Counted from the stretch's first letter, positions 1-10,533 are shown. The stretch is 64,000 nucleotides of DNA from Gammaproteobacteria bacterium (GCA_965116495.1 OZ220696.1:832001-896000); one strand, 5' to 3'. Notes: a model not told the origin generated them from the letters alone. Numbers and translations: made by a program.

Positions 1-66
1 TTCAACTTCACTGCGCCTGTCATCCGCATGGGCCTGGCACGAGATCAGGCCGTAGCCAAACTTCAT
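1..66 (-). CDS. 5' part of a probable LLM-class flavin-dependent oxidoreductase (runs off the window)
   Basis: Reverse strand from ATG at 66 reads MKFGYGLISCQAHADDRRSEVE, the MKFG.. start typical of luciferase-like monooxygenases; divergent from the molybdoenzyme operon. Confidence 0.55.
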   Translation of the reverse strand, partial: MKFGYGLISCQAHADDRRSEVE

Positions 67-243
67 GGGTTTGCTCCAATGGCTGCAATCTGTTTATTCA
101 ATATAAGTATGGAACACGTTGTCCGGCTCGTACCTCAAAGCCAGGTTTTTGAGCTAGAGAAATTTCCTATGACCAAACCAACCGAACTCCGTTAGAATAT
201 ATCAGCAAACAAAGAATTAACAGCGCTAATCAACAGCCCGGTC

Positions 244-1116
244 ATGAGTCATAAACCCAGGAGATTTATTTCCGTTTCTTCGGAAGAGGAAGCACTGTCG
301 CAACTGAATGCGCACGGTGAGGAGTTACAGGTTCTGGCCGGAGGTACAGACCTGATGGTCCAGCTCCAGCAATCCGGGCAACGGGCACAGGGGTTGTTGC
401 ATATCGAAAACCTTCCGGGTTTGCGGGACATAGCCGGCAACGGCGAAACAAGTATTGGAGCGCTTTGCACGCATCGCCAGGTTGTGGATTCCTCATTACT
501 GGACGATTACCGGTCACTGCGCCAGGCCGCCGCGCAGGTCGGGGGCTGGCAGACACAAATGGTGGGCACGATTGGCGGTAATATCTGCAATGCATCTCCG
601 GCTGCCGATACCCTGCCTCCTTTGCTGGTACACGATGCCAGGATAACTCTCTCCAGCCAGGCGCGGGGGACACGGGTCGTTGCACTGGAAAAGTTTTTGC
701 TGGGTCGCCGGCGGACAGACAGGCGCCATGATGAGTTGGTGTCAGGAATTACACTTGATAAACCCCTGCAGCGGAGTAGTGACATTTATATAAAAGTCGG
801 CAGGCGTTCGGCCACGGAAGTAGCCATCGTCGGTCTGGCTGCCCGTGTGGCGCTGGATGAGCAGCACAGGTTCGTTGAAGATGTGCGTCTGGCAATATGC
901 TCCGTCGGCCCCGTGCCGAAACGCCTGCATGAGCTGGAAACTCTCATCAAGGGTGAGGAGATAAGTGAGGGCCTCCTGGATGAAGCAGGGAACATGTTGC
1001 TTAAACAAATCGAACCTATCGATGATGTCAGGGCATCGAAGAAATATCGTTCATTGGTTGCACCTCGAATTTTGAGACAGGCAATCTCCTGCTGCGTAAA
1101 TAATGTACCGGGGTGA
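244..1116 (+). CDS. Xanthine dehydrogenase family FAD-binding (medium) subunit
   Basis: LAGGTDL, TIGGNICNASPAAD and PIDDVRAS motifs; first gene of a medium-small-large operon. Confidence 0.92.
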   Translation: MSHKPRRFISVSSEEEALSQLNAHGEELQVLAGGTDLMVQLQQSGQRAQGLLHIENLPGLRDIAGNGETSIGALCTHRQVVDSSLLDDYRSLRQAAAQVGGWQTQMVGTIGGNICNASPAADTLPPLLVHDARITLSSQARGTRVVALEKFLLGRRRTDRRHDELVSGITLDKPLQRSSDIYIKVGRRSATEVAIVGLAARVALDEQHRFVEDVRLAICSVGPVPKRLHELETLIKGEEISEGLLDEAGNMLLKQIEPIDDVRASKKYRSLVAPRILRQAISCCVNNVPG

Positions 1117-1125
1117 TATGCGGCC

Positions 1126-1593
1126 ATGAAACTGACATTCAGAGTCAATGGACACACGGAACACCTGGACCTGGAAGGTAATGAGACCCTGCTTGACGTC
1201 CTGCGGGACGATTTGAGTTTGACCGGGACCAAGGAAGGTTGCCGGGAAGGCGAATGTGGCGCCTGTACCGTACTGGTCAATGGCCGAGCCGTCGATTCCT
1301 GTATTTATGCGGCAATGGCGGCACATGACGCAGAAATTGAAACTGTTGAAGGATTGGCGCAAAACGGCAAGCTGAATTCCTTACAAACAGCTTTCGCTGA
1401 ACTGGGCGGAGTGCAGTGCGGCTTTTGTACACCTGGATTCCTGATGATGTTAACGGCGTTGTTAAACAAATATCCTAATCCGGACCGGGAACAGGTTCGT
1501 GATGCGCTGTCAGGCAATATCTGCCGTTGCACCGGGTACACACAGATCGAAGAAGCTGTTGCAAGATACCTGGAACAGGGAACAGGCGAATGA
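1126..1593 (+). CDS. Xanthine dehydrogenase family 2x[2Fe-2S] (small) subunit
   Basis: GCREGECGACTV...SC and QCGFCTPG...ICRCTGY motifs. Confidence 0.95.
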   Translation: MKLTFRVNGHTEHLDLEGNETLLDVLRDDLSLTGTKEGCREGECGACTVLVNGRAVDSCIYAAMAAHDAEIETVEGLAQNGKLNSLQTAFAELGGVQCGFCTPGFLMMLTALLNKYPNPDREQVRDALSGNICRCTGYTQIEEAVARYLEQGTGE

Positions 1594-3887
1594 GTATGCT
1601 GGGTGAAAACCTGGTTCGGACCGATGCCACGGGCAAACTTACCGGTGAGGCCAGGTATACGGTTGATTATGACGGCAAGAATCTGCTCCATGGCGCGCTT
1701 CTGCGATCTCCAGTTCCGGCAGGCCGGTTCAAAACCATCGATACCACCGTCGCAGAGTCAATGGCCGGTGTGAGATGTATTGCCACGGCACGGGATGTTC
1801 CCGATACGCGGGCAGGCTGGGTACTGCGCGAACAGCCTCTGTTTGCCAGGGAGCAGGTACGATATGAAGGCGAACCCATTGCGGGCGTTGTCGCGGACAC
1901 GCCGGAACAGGCGAGAGCAGCTGTAGCCGCCATCGAGCTGGATCTGGTAGAGACGGAAGCTGTTGGCGACATGGAAACCGCGCTGGCGGAAAATGCGCCC
2001 CTTGTGCACCCGGAATGGAAATCCTATCAGCCTGCCAGTGGCGAAGACTACCCGCGCTATGGAAATATTGCCAGCGAACTGGTGGCGGATAACGATGCTG
2101 TTGACGTTGCCTTTGAAAACGCCGACCTCGTCGTGGAAGATGAATTTATCAGCAATCGCCAGTACCAGGCCTATATTGAGCCCAAGAGCGCCGTCGGAAT
2201 TTACCGGGAAGGCCGCTACACCATCCACACGGGTCATCAATTTCCCTTTAATGTCAGGGATCGCGTCGCACAATATCTCGATGTGCGTCCTTCACAGGTC
2301 CGTGTTATCGGACATTCCATCGGTGGCGGCTTCGGCGCAAAGCTGGATACCGGGCTGGAACCCTATGCCGCAATTCTGTCACAGCTGGCAGGGGGGCGAG
2401 CGGTAAAACTGGTCAACAATCGCACCGAAGATTTATTGACCTGCCCCAGCCGTGAAAACGCCGTTATAACAATACGCTCCGCGCTGGACAAGCAGGGAAA
2501 CCTGCTTGGGCGTGAGCTTATCTGTCACATGGATAACGGCGCGTATTCCGGTGAAATGGCATTCATGCCGAGCGTTATCTTCCACCTGGCCGGCTCCGTC
2601 TACAAGGTCGGCAATATCCGCGTCATCGCACGTCTGGTATACACGAACACCGCGCCAACGGGCGCCATGCGCGGGGTCAGTGGGGTTTATTTCTGTGCCA
2701 TGCAGGAACGGCATATGGATAACATTGCCGACAAACTGGGGGTTGACAGGCGCGCATATCGTCTTCAAAACCTGAATAATAGTGGCGATACCTTGTTAAA
2801 CGGGCAGGTACTTGATGATGCTGACTTGCTGCGGAAAGGATTCGAAAAAATGGAACAAGCCGCGCCCTGGACACTGCTGAACAAAAATAAAAAACCCTGG
2901 CACGGTATCGGTATAGCCGCGGGCACCTGGATAACCAATTCCATGCCGGGCTCCGTACAGTTGAAGCTGAATGAAGACGGTACGGTAACAGTAGTCACCG
3001 CCGCCACGGACAATGGATCGGGCGCCGTATCCATGGGTGTCACTCAGATAGTTGCCGAGCACTTTGGTCTATCCGCCGAAGATATCATCGTAACCATGCC
3101 GGATACCGATAGCGCCGGGTTTGATGGCGGTTCACAGGGGAGCCGCACCACCCATATAGTCGGACGCGCTGCAGGTATTGCGGCTGACGAACTGAAACGA
3201 ATGATTTACGACGTGGCCTCCGACCTGCTGGAAGCCGGCAGGGATGACCTTGAGATGGTCAATGGGGAGGTCGGCGTGGTCGGCTACCCGGATTCCCGCA
3301 TACCCCTGGAAAATATTGCCATGGCTGCAACATGGACCCGCGGTCCGTTATCCGCAAACGGAAGTTATACAACCGAGCCCGTCCCATACAATCCCGGTTG
3401 CGCCAGCGGCATGCTGTTTCCCTATTTCCCGACGCCTACATACCATGTTCATCTCGCCGAGGTTGAGGTGAATCCGGTCACCGGAAACGTGCGCGTGGTA
3501 CGTTATATCGTTGTCCAGGAAGTAGGGCGGGTCATTAATCCGACAGGTGTCAGGGGACAAGTACAGGGGGCCGTGGCGCAGGGCATCGGGCATGCACTGT
3601 ATGAGAGTTTACGCATCAGGGACGCCCGCTACCTGGAAAGATCGCTGGAAACCTACCGGCTTCCCCTCGCAGTGGACGTGCCGGAAGTGGAAATCATTAC
3701 CATGGAACACCCTCATGCTCTTGGTCCCTTCGGCGCAAAAGGCGTTGGAGAACCGGCAATCATACTGGCTCCCGCCACCATCGCCTGTGCAGTCAGCGAC
3801 GCGATCGGCAAACCGTTTAACAGGATACCGATCACGCCGGAAGATGTGCTCGAGGCTATTGTGGAGAAGGAAAAGACGTACGCTTGA
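1590..3887 (+). CDS. Xanthine dehydrogenase family molybdopterin-binding (large) subunit
   Basis: GGGFGAK, GAMRG, GSQGSR and GAKGVGEP (catalytic Glu) motifs; start placed at ATG 1590, overlapping the upstream stop (ATGA). Confidence 0.92.
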   Translation: MSMLGENLVRTDATGKLTGEARYTVDYDGKNLLHGALLRSPVPAGRFKTIDTTVAESMAGVRCIATARDVPDTRAGWVLREQPLFAREQVRYEGEPIAGVVADTPEQARAAVAAIELDLVETEAVGDMETALAENAPLVHPEWKSYQPASGEDYPRYGNIASELVADNDAVDVAFENADLVVEDEFISNRQYQAYIEPKSAVGIYREGRYTIHTGHQFPFNVRDRVAQYLDVRPSQVRVIGHSIGGGFGAKLDTGLEPYAAILSQLAGGRAVKLVNNRTEDLLTCPSRENAVITIRSALDKQGNLLGRELICHMDNGAYSGEMAFMPSVIFHLAGSVYKVGNIRVIARLVYTNTAPTGAMRGVSGVYFCAMQERHMDNIADKLGVDRRAYRLQNLNNSGDTLLNGQVLDDADLLRKGFEKMEQAAPWTLLNKNKKPWHGIGIAAGTWITNSMPGSVQLKLNEDGTVTVVTAATDNGSGAVSMGVTQIVAEHFGLSAEDIIVTMPDTDSAGFDGGSQGSRTTHIVGRAAGIAADELKRMIYDVASDLLEAGRDDLEMVNGEVGVVGYPDSRIPLENIAMAATWTRGPLSANGSYTTEPVPYNPGCASGMLFPYFPTPTYHVHLAEVEVNPVTGNVRVVRYIVVQEVGRVINPTGVRGQVQGAVAQGIGHALYESLRIRDARYLERSLETYRLPLAVDVPEVEIITMEHPHALGPFGAKGVGEPAIILAPATIACAVSDAIGKPFNRIPITPEDVLEAIVEKEKTYA

Positions 3888-3891
3888 GTGC

Positions 3892-6159
3892 TTAAAAAGA
3901 GTAAGTCAGTGTCGCGCCGTAGATTCTCGGCGGTGCAAAGACCCTTTGCGCGTATCCGAGATCATGAAAAGTTGCCTGCCGGTACAGTGTTCTTTTATCA
4001 GAGATATTCCTCACATAGCCGCGCAGTTCCCAATTCTCGTTAATCCCCAGAATGACAAGTACGTTATGCTTGAACTCATCCGGGAGCAATGTTGCCGGTT
4101 CACCAAAGTTGGTTGAATAGCGCTCACCCAGGTAGCTCCAGTCCCATTGCACATCGAGGCTTAAATTTCCCTGCAGCGGCACACGGAAGTTTATGGCGCC
4201 GTTGGCGCTGACGGTTGGCGCCATTGCCATGTCGCGATCGGCGATATAGGTCGGGAAGGGCCCTTTTACGTCTTCCACGTCAGTTTCGAGCAGTCCTACT
4301 CCACCGCGCAGGCGAATGTTATCCGAGACCGCCATATCTACTTCCAGTTCCGCGCCATAGGTCGACGCATCGGTGTTCTCAACCAGTCCGCCGAAACTCA
4401 GGAAGTTAAACACCTGGAAATCGCTGTAGTCGTAATAGAAAAGCGATCCGTTTACGCGTAACCGCCCATCCAAGAATGACGCTTTCTCACCAATTTCATA
4501 AGCCACATTAGTTTCGGATTCATATGGAATAAGGCTGGTATCCGATGCTATCTGGGGTGAGTAGAAACCGTTATTGAAGCCACCTGCCTTGCTGCTGCTG
4601 GATATTGACGCAAATAACAATACGTCATCATTTACTTCGAAGTTGGCCCCGACCCGCCATGACAGGAGTGTTTCCTTGTAGCTGTCGCGGTACGGGTTTG
4701 CTATGCCGGGCCCGTCAGGCGGCGAAAAGCAGTTGGACGGAATGGGGAAACCGGGACAGGAGCGCAATGTTGCATTATCCCGCTCATGGAAATTCTTCTT
4801 GTCACGCCCGACGCGCAGCCCGCCAATCAGGGTCCAGCGATCGACGTTATATTCAAACTGTCCGAAGGCAGAATATGACTCGGTCGATTGTGTCCAGTCC
4901 CCGGCGAGGGCTATCGGAAAGAAAAAACCGTTGTACAGGCCGGTCGCAGGATCGGTCGCTGCCGGTCCGGCAAGCGGAATGTTGAAGGTTGCCGTCGGAA
5001 AGTTTTCTGCATCCTGGTACATGTAATACGCGCCAACGGTCCAGGTAAAATCTCCTTCCGTTTTTGCCGCACGCAGTTCTGTCGTTACCCAGTCGGATTC
5101 ATAAGGAAAATCTGCGAAGCAAAGGCGATTGGGACTGGCGTCACAATCTTCCACAAGCTCACGCTCCAGCTTGAGATAGCCGGTCAGGGAAGTGAATGTG
5201 ATATTACCCACGTCCTTTTCAATCCGTGCAAGCAGGCTCCAGCCATCCTGGTCAATATGTTGCGGTTCGCTCGTGAACGACTCGTTGCTCGAAGCTATGC
5301 CGAAATTTTGCGCGTTATAACCGGCGAAGTCGGTTCCGTCAGGGTCCACGATGCCGACACCGCTGACAGGATCACGGATTATCGGCACCGATCCGTAGTA
5401 CATATGCCGGTTTGAGGTGTCGGTGTACTCCCCCTTTATATTGATGCGCCAATCGTTTCCGGGCTCAAACAGAAGCTGTACCCGGCCGCCGTCGGTTCCG
5501 GCCTGTCCGCCGTTCCCCAGATCCGGGTCCAGGTTCTTGATGTAGCCTTTATTGTGATGGGATATGAACGAAACCCGGCCGGCCAGCTTGTCCGTTATGG
5601 CGCCGCCGATACCGCCTTCCGCTTTTATTTCATCAAAACGGCCGCCGCCCACTGAGATAAAACCCTGGGGTTCGAATGTCGGTTTGGCGGTGACATAATG
5701 TACCAGGCCCGCAGTGGCATTTCTACCGAACAGCGTGCCCTGCGGTCCACGCAGCACCTCCGCCCGATCAATATCGAACATGGAGAAATCAACGGCGGGT
5801 ATGGAGACGAGATAGAACTCATCCACGTACAAAGTCACGGGGGCTTCATGTCCTTCACCGAAGTCGTTCAAGCCGATTCCGCGCAGGATCACATTGCCGC
5901 TGCTGCCGGGGCCATAAGGCATGTAAAGCCCCAAATTCGGTACTTTTGTGGAAAGCTCGGTGGCCCTGGTCATGCCGTAGCCCTGCAGGTCAGAGCCAGA
6001 CAGGGCGGAAATTGAAATACCGACGTCCTGCAGGTTTTGTTCACGTTTCTGGGCGGTAACGACGACTTCCTCAAGTACCTGCGCCCAGCCGCTGCCACTG
6101 GCGGCCAGCAGTGCCGCTATCCCCAGATTCAACAGGCTTTTTGTGTTTGCTCGCTTCAT
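3892..6159 (-). CDS. TonB-dependent receptor
   Basis: Signal peptide, LEEVVVTAQKREQ TonB box, EVLRGPQGTLFGRNATAG plug motif, C-terminal YSF. Confidence 0.95.
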   Translation of the reverse strand: MKRANTKSLLNLGIAALLAASGSGWAQVLEEVVVTAQKREQNLQDVGISISALSGSDLQGYGMTRATELSTKVPNLGLYMPYGPGSSGNVILRGIGLNDFGEGHEAPVTLYVDEFYLVSIPAVDFSMFDIDRAEVLRGPQGTLFGRNATAGLVHYVTAKPTFEPQGFISVGGGRFDEIKAEGGIGGAITDKLAGRVSFISHHNKGYIKNLDPDLGNGGQAGTDGGRVQLLFEPGNDWRINIKGEYTDTSNRHMYYGSVPIIRDPVSGVGIVDPDGTDFAGYNAQNFGIASSNESFTSEPQHIDQDGWSLLARIEKDVGNITFTSLTGYLKLERELVEDCDASPNRLCFADFPYESDWVTTELRAAKTEGDFTWTVGAYYMYQDAENFPTATFNIPLAGPAATDPATGLYNGFFFPIALAGDWTQSTESYSAFGQFEYNVDRWTLIGGLRVGRDKKNFHERDNATLRSCPGFPIPSNCFSPPDGPGIANPYRDSYKETLLSWRVGANFEVNDDVLLFASISSSSKAGGFNNGFYSPQIASDTSLIPYESETNVAYEIGEKASFLDGRLRVNGSLFYYDYSDFQVFNFLSFGGLVENTDASTYGAELEVDMAVSDNIRLRGGVGLLETDVEDVKGPFPTYIADRDMAMAPTVSANGAINFRVPLQGNLSLDVQWDWSYLGERYSTNFGEPATLLPDEFKHNVLVILGINENWELRGYVRNISDKRTLYRQATFHDLGYAQRVFAPPRIYGATLTYSF

Positions 6160-6343
6160 CGATTGCCCCCCCTATTAATCAAGACGAATTCGTCCTCACG
6201 TCTCCTATATTAAAACAACATTATGGACAACGTGATATTTTTTATTTTAATACACCTGTATTTAAATAATTTATAATGACGGAGATAGAATGGATTCGTA
6301 CATTCCCTGACAGCACAATTGTATTGCAAGGCGGAACTGAACT

Positions 6344-7414
6344 ATGACATCAGCAACGAAACGCCCCGGTCCCCGGTTCGGGGTCTGGGCGGTCGTCTAC
6401 GGTACGTCGGCATCACTCCAGCATCCTGAAGATCCCGTAGACGCATCGTGGATACGCAACCGGGACTTGGTGCTTGAGGCGGAGGCGCTCGGGATAGACT
6501 CCGTGCTTGTGGCGCAGCACATCGTCAATCCCTTCGGAGACGAATTCAACCAGCTTGAAACGCTGACTGCTTGCGGCGCTCTTGCTGCACTGACGGAAAG
6601 AATCGAGATCATCGCGGCTATCAAGCCGTACCTGTTCCACCCGGCTGTATTCGCGAAGATGGCGTTGCAAATTGAAGAGATCAGCCAGGGGCGTTTTTCA
6701 CTCAATTTTGTCAATGCGTGGTTTCGCCCTGAGTTCGAGAAAGCGGGAATTCCTTTTCCCCCGCACGATGAGCGCTATGTCTACGGCGGCGAATGGCTGC
6801 GCGTCGTCAAGAAGCTCATATCGGGCGAACGGCTGACCATCGACGGCGACAACTTCAAGCTGGACGGCTACCAGTTTAAACCTGCCTCAAAGTGGCGGCC
6901 GCGTCCCTTGCTTTACTCGGGCGGCGAATCCGAGGCGGCGCTCAATCTCACCGTCGAGTTGTGCGACACCTGGTTCATGTTCGGGCAACCGCTGGAAAAT
7001 ATCGCCGGCAAGATCACCGCCATGCGCAAACGCCCGCGCAGCGGTACACCACTCAGCTATGGTGTGTCTGCGTTTCCTTTCGCGCGCCCGACGCAGTCCG
7101 AGGCAGAGGAGGCGCTCGCTTATGCCTTCGAATTGCGTGAAAAGGACAAGGAAGTCTACGAGGCCCTGCACCGGAATGCCGACCCGGAAGTCGTAACCTC
7201 AAAAGTCATGGCCAAGGTGCCGGGCGTCGGCGTCGGTAATGGCACCGGTTGTGGATTCACCGGTTCCTACGATGAAGTTGCAAGGCGCATTGCCGCGTTT
7301 CATGATGCCGGCATTGAAATAATACTGCTCGAATTCCAGCCGTTTGAGCGGGAAATGCGGCGTTTTGCAGAAGAAGTCATGCCGCGGGTGGCAAGACTCT
7401 GCTCCCTGAAGTGA
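6344..7414 (+). CDS. LLM-class flavin-dependent monooxygenase (alkanesulfonate monooxygenase-like)
   Basis: AEALGIDSVLVAQH, LAALTERIEII, ISQGRFSLN, FAEEVMP motifs. Confidence 0.85.
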   Translation: MTSATKRPGPRFGVWAVVYGTSASLQHPEDPVDASWIRNRDLVLEAEALGIDSVLVAQHIVNPFGDEFNQLETLTACGALAALTERIEIIAAIKPYLFHPAVFAKMALQIEEISQGRFSLNFVNAWFRPEFEKAGIPFPPHDERYVYGGEWLRVVKKLISGERLTIDGDNFKLDGYQFKPASKWRPRPLLYSGGESEAALNLTVELCDTWFMFGQPLENIAGKITAMRKRPRSGTPLSYGVSAFPFARPTQSEAEEALAYAFELREKDKEVYEALHRNADPEVVTSKVMAKVPGVGVGNGTGCGFTGSYDEVARRIAAFHDAGIEIILLEFQPFEREMRRFAEEVMPRVARLCSLK

Positions 7415-7454
7415 CGCTATAATGGCGTGAATCATAACCAGTTTAACCCGGCTG

Positions 7455-8276
7455 ATGCATGTTGCCCGCGTAAAGCTTGATTCAGGCGTTTCCATCTCTT
7501 ACAGGGAGGCGGGTCAAGACAATCCTGTCACCATCGTCCAGGTCCATGGCCTGGGGACCGGACACAATAATTTCGATCTGTTGACTCCGCACCTGTCCAA
7601 ACGCCTGCACACTTACGATATCGACCTGCCCGGATATGGCGATTCCGAATGCGGACCGGGCGAGCGCGGCATCACTTATTTTGCCGACAGCGTCGCACAA
7701 TTCATAGAAACACTTGAACTGGCGCCCGTCCACGTGCATGGAACGTCGATGGGCGGGTGTGTGGCAATGGTGCTTGCCGGAAAACGGCCGGAACTCATCG
7801 ACAGGCTGGTAATCAGTTGTTCTTTCGCGAAATTTGACCGGGCAAGCCATGTTATCTTCAAAACATGGCGTATGGCCGCTGCCGCCGGTGTTGAAGCGCT
7901 GGCCCTGATCACCAGCCACCAGGGTTTTTCACGGGGCTTCTGGGACAGGCCTGAGAGCGACAATACGGTGGATGCATTTGTCTATGCGCTGCGCGGCATG
8001 ACCCCCCTGGAGTTTCTCCGTGATCTCACATTGATAGAAAACCTGGATATCAGCGCCGATGCCGCAAGTATTCGTGCGCCGACACTCCTTCTCGGTACCG
8101 ATGAAGATATCATGACGCCGATGCAATCGTCCCCGAGCGGACTCGGTATGACGGACCTACACAAGCTGATACCTGATTCGAAACTGGACATGCTGGAAAA
8201 CTGCGGTCACTTTATCTCAATCGAGCGCCCCGCCGAGACGGCACGGGCCATTGCCGATTTCCTGCTCAGCGCGTAA
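7455..8276 (+). CDS. Alpha/beta fold hydrolase
   Basis: VHGLG, DLPGYGDS, GTSMGG nucleophile elbow, C-terminal CGHF. Confidence 0.9.
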   Translation: MHVARVKLDSGVSISYREAGQDNPVTIVQVHGLGTGHNNFDLLTPHLSKRLHTYDIDLPGYGDSECGPGERGITYFADSVAQFIETLELAPVHVHGTSMGGCVAMVLAGKRPELIDRLVISCSFAKFDRASHVIFKTWRMAAAAGVEALALITSHQGFSRGFWDRPESDNTVDAFVYALRGMTPLEFLRDLTLIENLDISADAASIRAPTLLLGTDEDIMTPMQSSPSGLGMTDLHKLIPDSKLDMLENCGHFISIERPAETARAIADFLLSA

Positions 8277-8293
8277 TGACGCGCCGTTCCATA

Positions 8294-8401
8294 ATGAACC
8301 GACTGATTATTGTGGCGCATTCTGACAGAAATGATAGAGTCAGGATGATCTCCGCAAGAGAAATGACCCGAACGGAGAGGAAAGATTATGAAGAAATCTG
8401 A
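8294..8401 (+). pseudogene. 5'-truncated BrnT-like toxin remnant
   Basis: Translates to MNRLIIVAHSDRNDRVRMISAREMTRTERKDYEEI*, matching the C-terminal half of BrnT toxins (..RIISAR.AT..ER..YE); overlaps the start of the antitoxin gene. Confidence 0.7.
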
Positions 8402-8591
8402 TGAATTGAAACCGGAATATGATTTAAGACGCCTGGGACAAGGAGTTCGTGGAAAGTATTGTGATGAGTACCAAAAAGGGACCAACATAGTCGTCATTGA
8501 TCCTGATCTCACAGAAACGTTCCCCAACACCCGGGCGGTTAACGATGCACTGCGAAAATTACTCCAAAGCAGCGAACGATCGACAATCTAA
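8388..8591 (+). CDS. BrnA-like antitoxin
   Basis: 67 aa with EYD..GVRGKY..V.IDPD...FP...AVN.ALR pattern; coupled to the BrnT remnant. Confidence 0.7.
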   Translation: MKKSDELKPEYDLRRLGQGVRGKYCDEYQKGTNIVVIDPDLTETFPNTRAVNDALRKLLQSSERSTI

Positions 8592-8696
8592 CACCCATAG
8601 ACCCTGACGAATCTATTAAAAAGCAAACGACTTTGCGGAATGATAAGTATCTATCCATGATTTCCACCAGCGCCAAACAGGTTGCTTGAATCGCTT

Positions 8697-9950
8697 ATGA
8701 GACAATACGTTCCTTTATTTTCATGGCTCTTTCCCGTCCTCCTGCTGCTGTTCGGCTGTGAGGCGGAACAAGCTGTTCCTGCAACCGGGGAAGCAGTATC
8801 AGATCCATCAGCACCAGCAGATAGCTTTGTTGACGTAAGCAAGGAACCGCTGGCAAATGACCTGTTCGGTAAGGTTGCAACGATACCGGAAACACCACAT
8901 CCGCATTGGGTCTGGATTGCCGATATGGCGGCAAGCTCAATGCCGGACGGGCGCGCCTACCTGTATGATGGGGACACGGCCAGGGTATTGGGTATGCTGA
9001 ATACCGGTTATTCATTTAATGCTTTGAACATACCGGGCCACTACCGGGAAGTCTATTCTGCTGAAACCTACTATGCCAGGACGACGCGCGGCAAACGGAG
9101 CGACGTCGTCAGTATTTACGACCCTTTCAAGTTTGTGCCGGTAGCTGAAATAGAGATTCCTGCAAAACGCGCATCCACATTACCAAGACTGGCGGACTCA
9201 GCGCTGACTGACGATAACCGGTTCATGGCCGTTTTCAACCTGACACCGGCAACCTCTCTGAGTATCGTGGACCTGGAGCAGCGCCGTTTTGCCGGGGAAG
9301 TCATGACGCCCGGTTGCGCGATGGCTTATGCGGCGGGAGACAGGCGCTTTTTTGCGCTGTGCAGCGACGGAGCGCTGCTGCTGATCGACCTTACCGACGA
9401 AGGTACGCAAGCCACGGCCCAAAGAAGCAAGCGTTTTTTTGACCCACTCGAGGATCCAATCCTGGAGACCGGCGTGCGCCACGGCGATACCTGGTATTTC
9501 ATGTCGGTACTGGGAAAGGTTCATCCTGTTGAAATTTCCGCAGACGGGCCGGTTTTTTCCGCTACCTGGTGGTACCTCGACGAGCAGGACAGAGAAGCAA
9601 ACTGGCGCATAGGCGGCATGCAGCCTGTCGCCCTGCACAGCACCAGGCAACACCTCTACATATTGATGCACCAGGGTGATTTTTATACCTACGAATTTCC
9701 AGGGCCGGAAATCTGGATCTATGATATGGCAACCCGGACCCGGATAAACAAAATCAAGACCAGGCACTCCAGCATCTCTATAGACGTGAGCCAGGATGAC
9801 AACCCGTTGCTATACACCATAACCGAGGATTTGAGCAGCCTGGATATCTATGATGCAACCTCCGGTGAATACCTGCGTTCAGCCGATGAACTTGGTGTTA
9901 CGCCATTTTTGATTCAGCCGCTGCCGTTGCTGCACACAGGGCTGGACTGA
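8697..9950 (+). CDS. mauB: TTQ amine dehydrogenase large subunit (MauB/AauB family)
   Basis: ETYYARTTRGKRSDVV, VFNLTPATSLSIVDL, TPGC and WRIGGMQ motifs; N-terminal lipobox-like LLFGC. Confidence 0.88.
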   Translation: MRQYVPLFSWLFPVLLLLFGCEAEQAVPATGEAVSDPSAPADSFVDVSKEPLANDLFGKVATIPETPHPHWVWIADMAASSMPDGRAYLYDGDTARVLGMLNTGYSFNALNIPGHYREVYSAETYYARTTRGKRSDVVSIYDPFKFVPVAEIEIPAKRASTLPRLADSALTDDNRFMAVFNLTPATSLSIVDLEQRRFAGEVMTPGCAMAYAAGDRRFFALCSDGALLLIDLTDEGTQATAQRSKRFFDPLEDPILETGVRHGDTWYFMSVLGKVHPVEISADGPVFSATWWYLDEQDREANWRIGGMQPVALHSTRQHLYILMHQGDFYTYEFPGPEIWIYDMATRTRINKIKTRHSSISIDVSQDDNPLLYTITEDLSSLDIYDATSGEYLRSADELGVTPFLIQPLPLLHTGLD

Positions 9951-9994
9951 TTCCATGACGGCAAATCAGCGGGCAACAATAATGAGGAGTAATA

Positions 9995-10513
9995 ATGAAG
10001 CTTTTTGATCGCTGGTTTCAACAAAAAACCCGCTCCCTGGCGCGCCATACCTCACGCCGGAGCTTTTTAAAGAAAGCCGGGACAGTCCTGGTCGGCGCAG
10101 GGGCAATACCCTTACTGCCCGTTGCAAGGGCGGATACGGCCCCGGATGAAGGTTCCATATCAGGGCCCGAAGGCGATCCGGGGAAATGCGAATACTGGCG
10201 CAACTGCGGTATGGACGGTTTCCTGTGTACCTGTTGCGGCGGCAGTCATACCAGTTGCCCTCCGGGGACCGAAATGGCGCCGATGACCTGGGTAGGCACT
10301 TGCAAAAACCCTGGAGACGGGCGTGATTACATCATTGCCTACAATGACTGCTGCGGCAAGAGTACCTGCAACCGTTGCATGTGCAACCGTAACGAAGGCG
10401 ACCTGCCAAATTATTTTCCGGCCAAGAGCAATGATATCAACTGGTGCATGGGCTCAAGCAATAATGTCTACCATTGCACGACCACCATCCTGCTGGGCCT
10501 GGCGGTCGAGTAG
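9995..10513 (+). CDS. mauA: TTQ amine dehydrogenase small subunit (closer to aromatic amine dehydrogenase AauA)
   Basis: Tat signal SRRSFL; 14 Cys; TTQ-forming Trp in TWVGTC and DINWCM; catalytic Asp in YNDCC. Confidence 0.93.
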   Translation: MKLFDRWFQQKTRSLARHTSRRSFLKKAGTVLVGAGAIPLLPVARADTAPDEGSISGPEGDPGKCEYWRNCGMDGFLCTCCGGSHTSCPPGTEMAPMTWVGTCKNPGDGRDYIIAYNDCCGKSTCNRCMCNRNEGDLPNYFPAKSNDINWCMGSSNNVYHCTTTILLGLAVE

Positions 10514-10533
10514 CCCGGTTGCATGCTTCTCCC

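Noticed and set aside
244-3887. Aerobic CO dehydrogenase (coxMSL) call
   Set aside because: Gene order fits, but the large subunit has APTGAMRG instead of AYxCSFR or AYxGAGR; left as a generic XDH-family enzyme.
8586-8690. Integron attC site after the antitoxin (ATCTAAC matches RYYYAAC and contains the stop)
   Set aside because: No matching GTTRRRY core or internal symmetry downstream, and no integrase.
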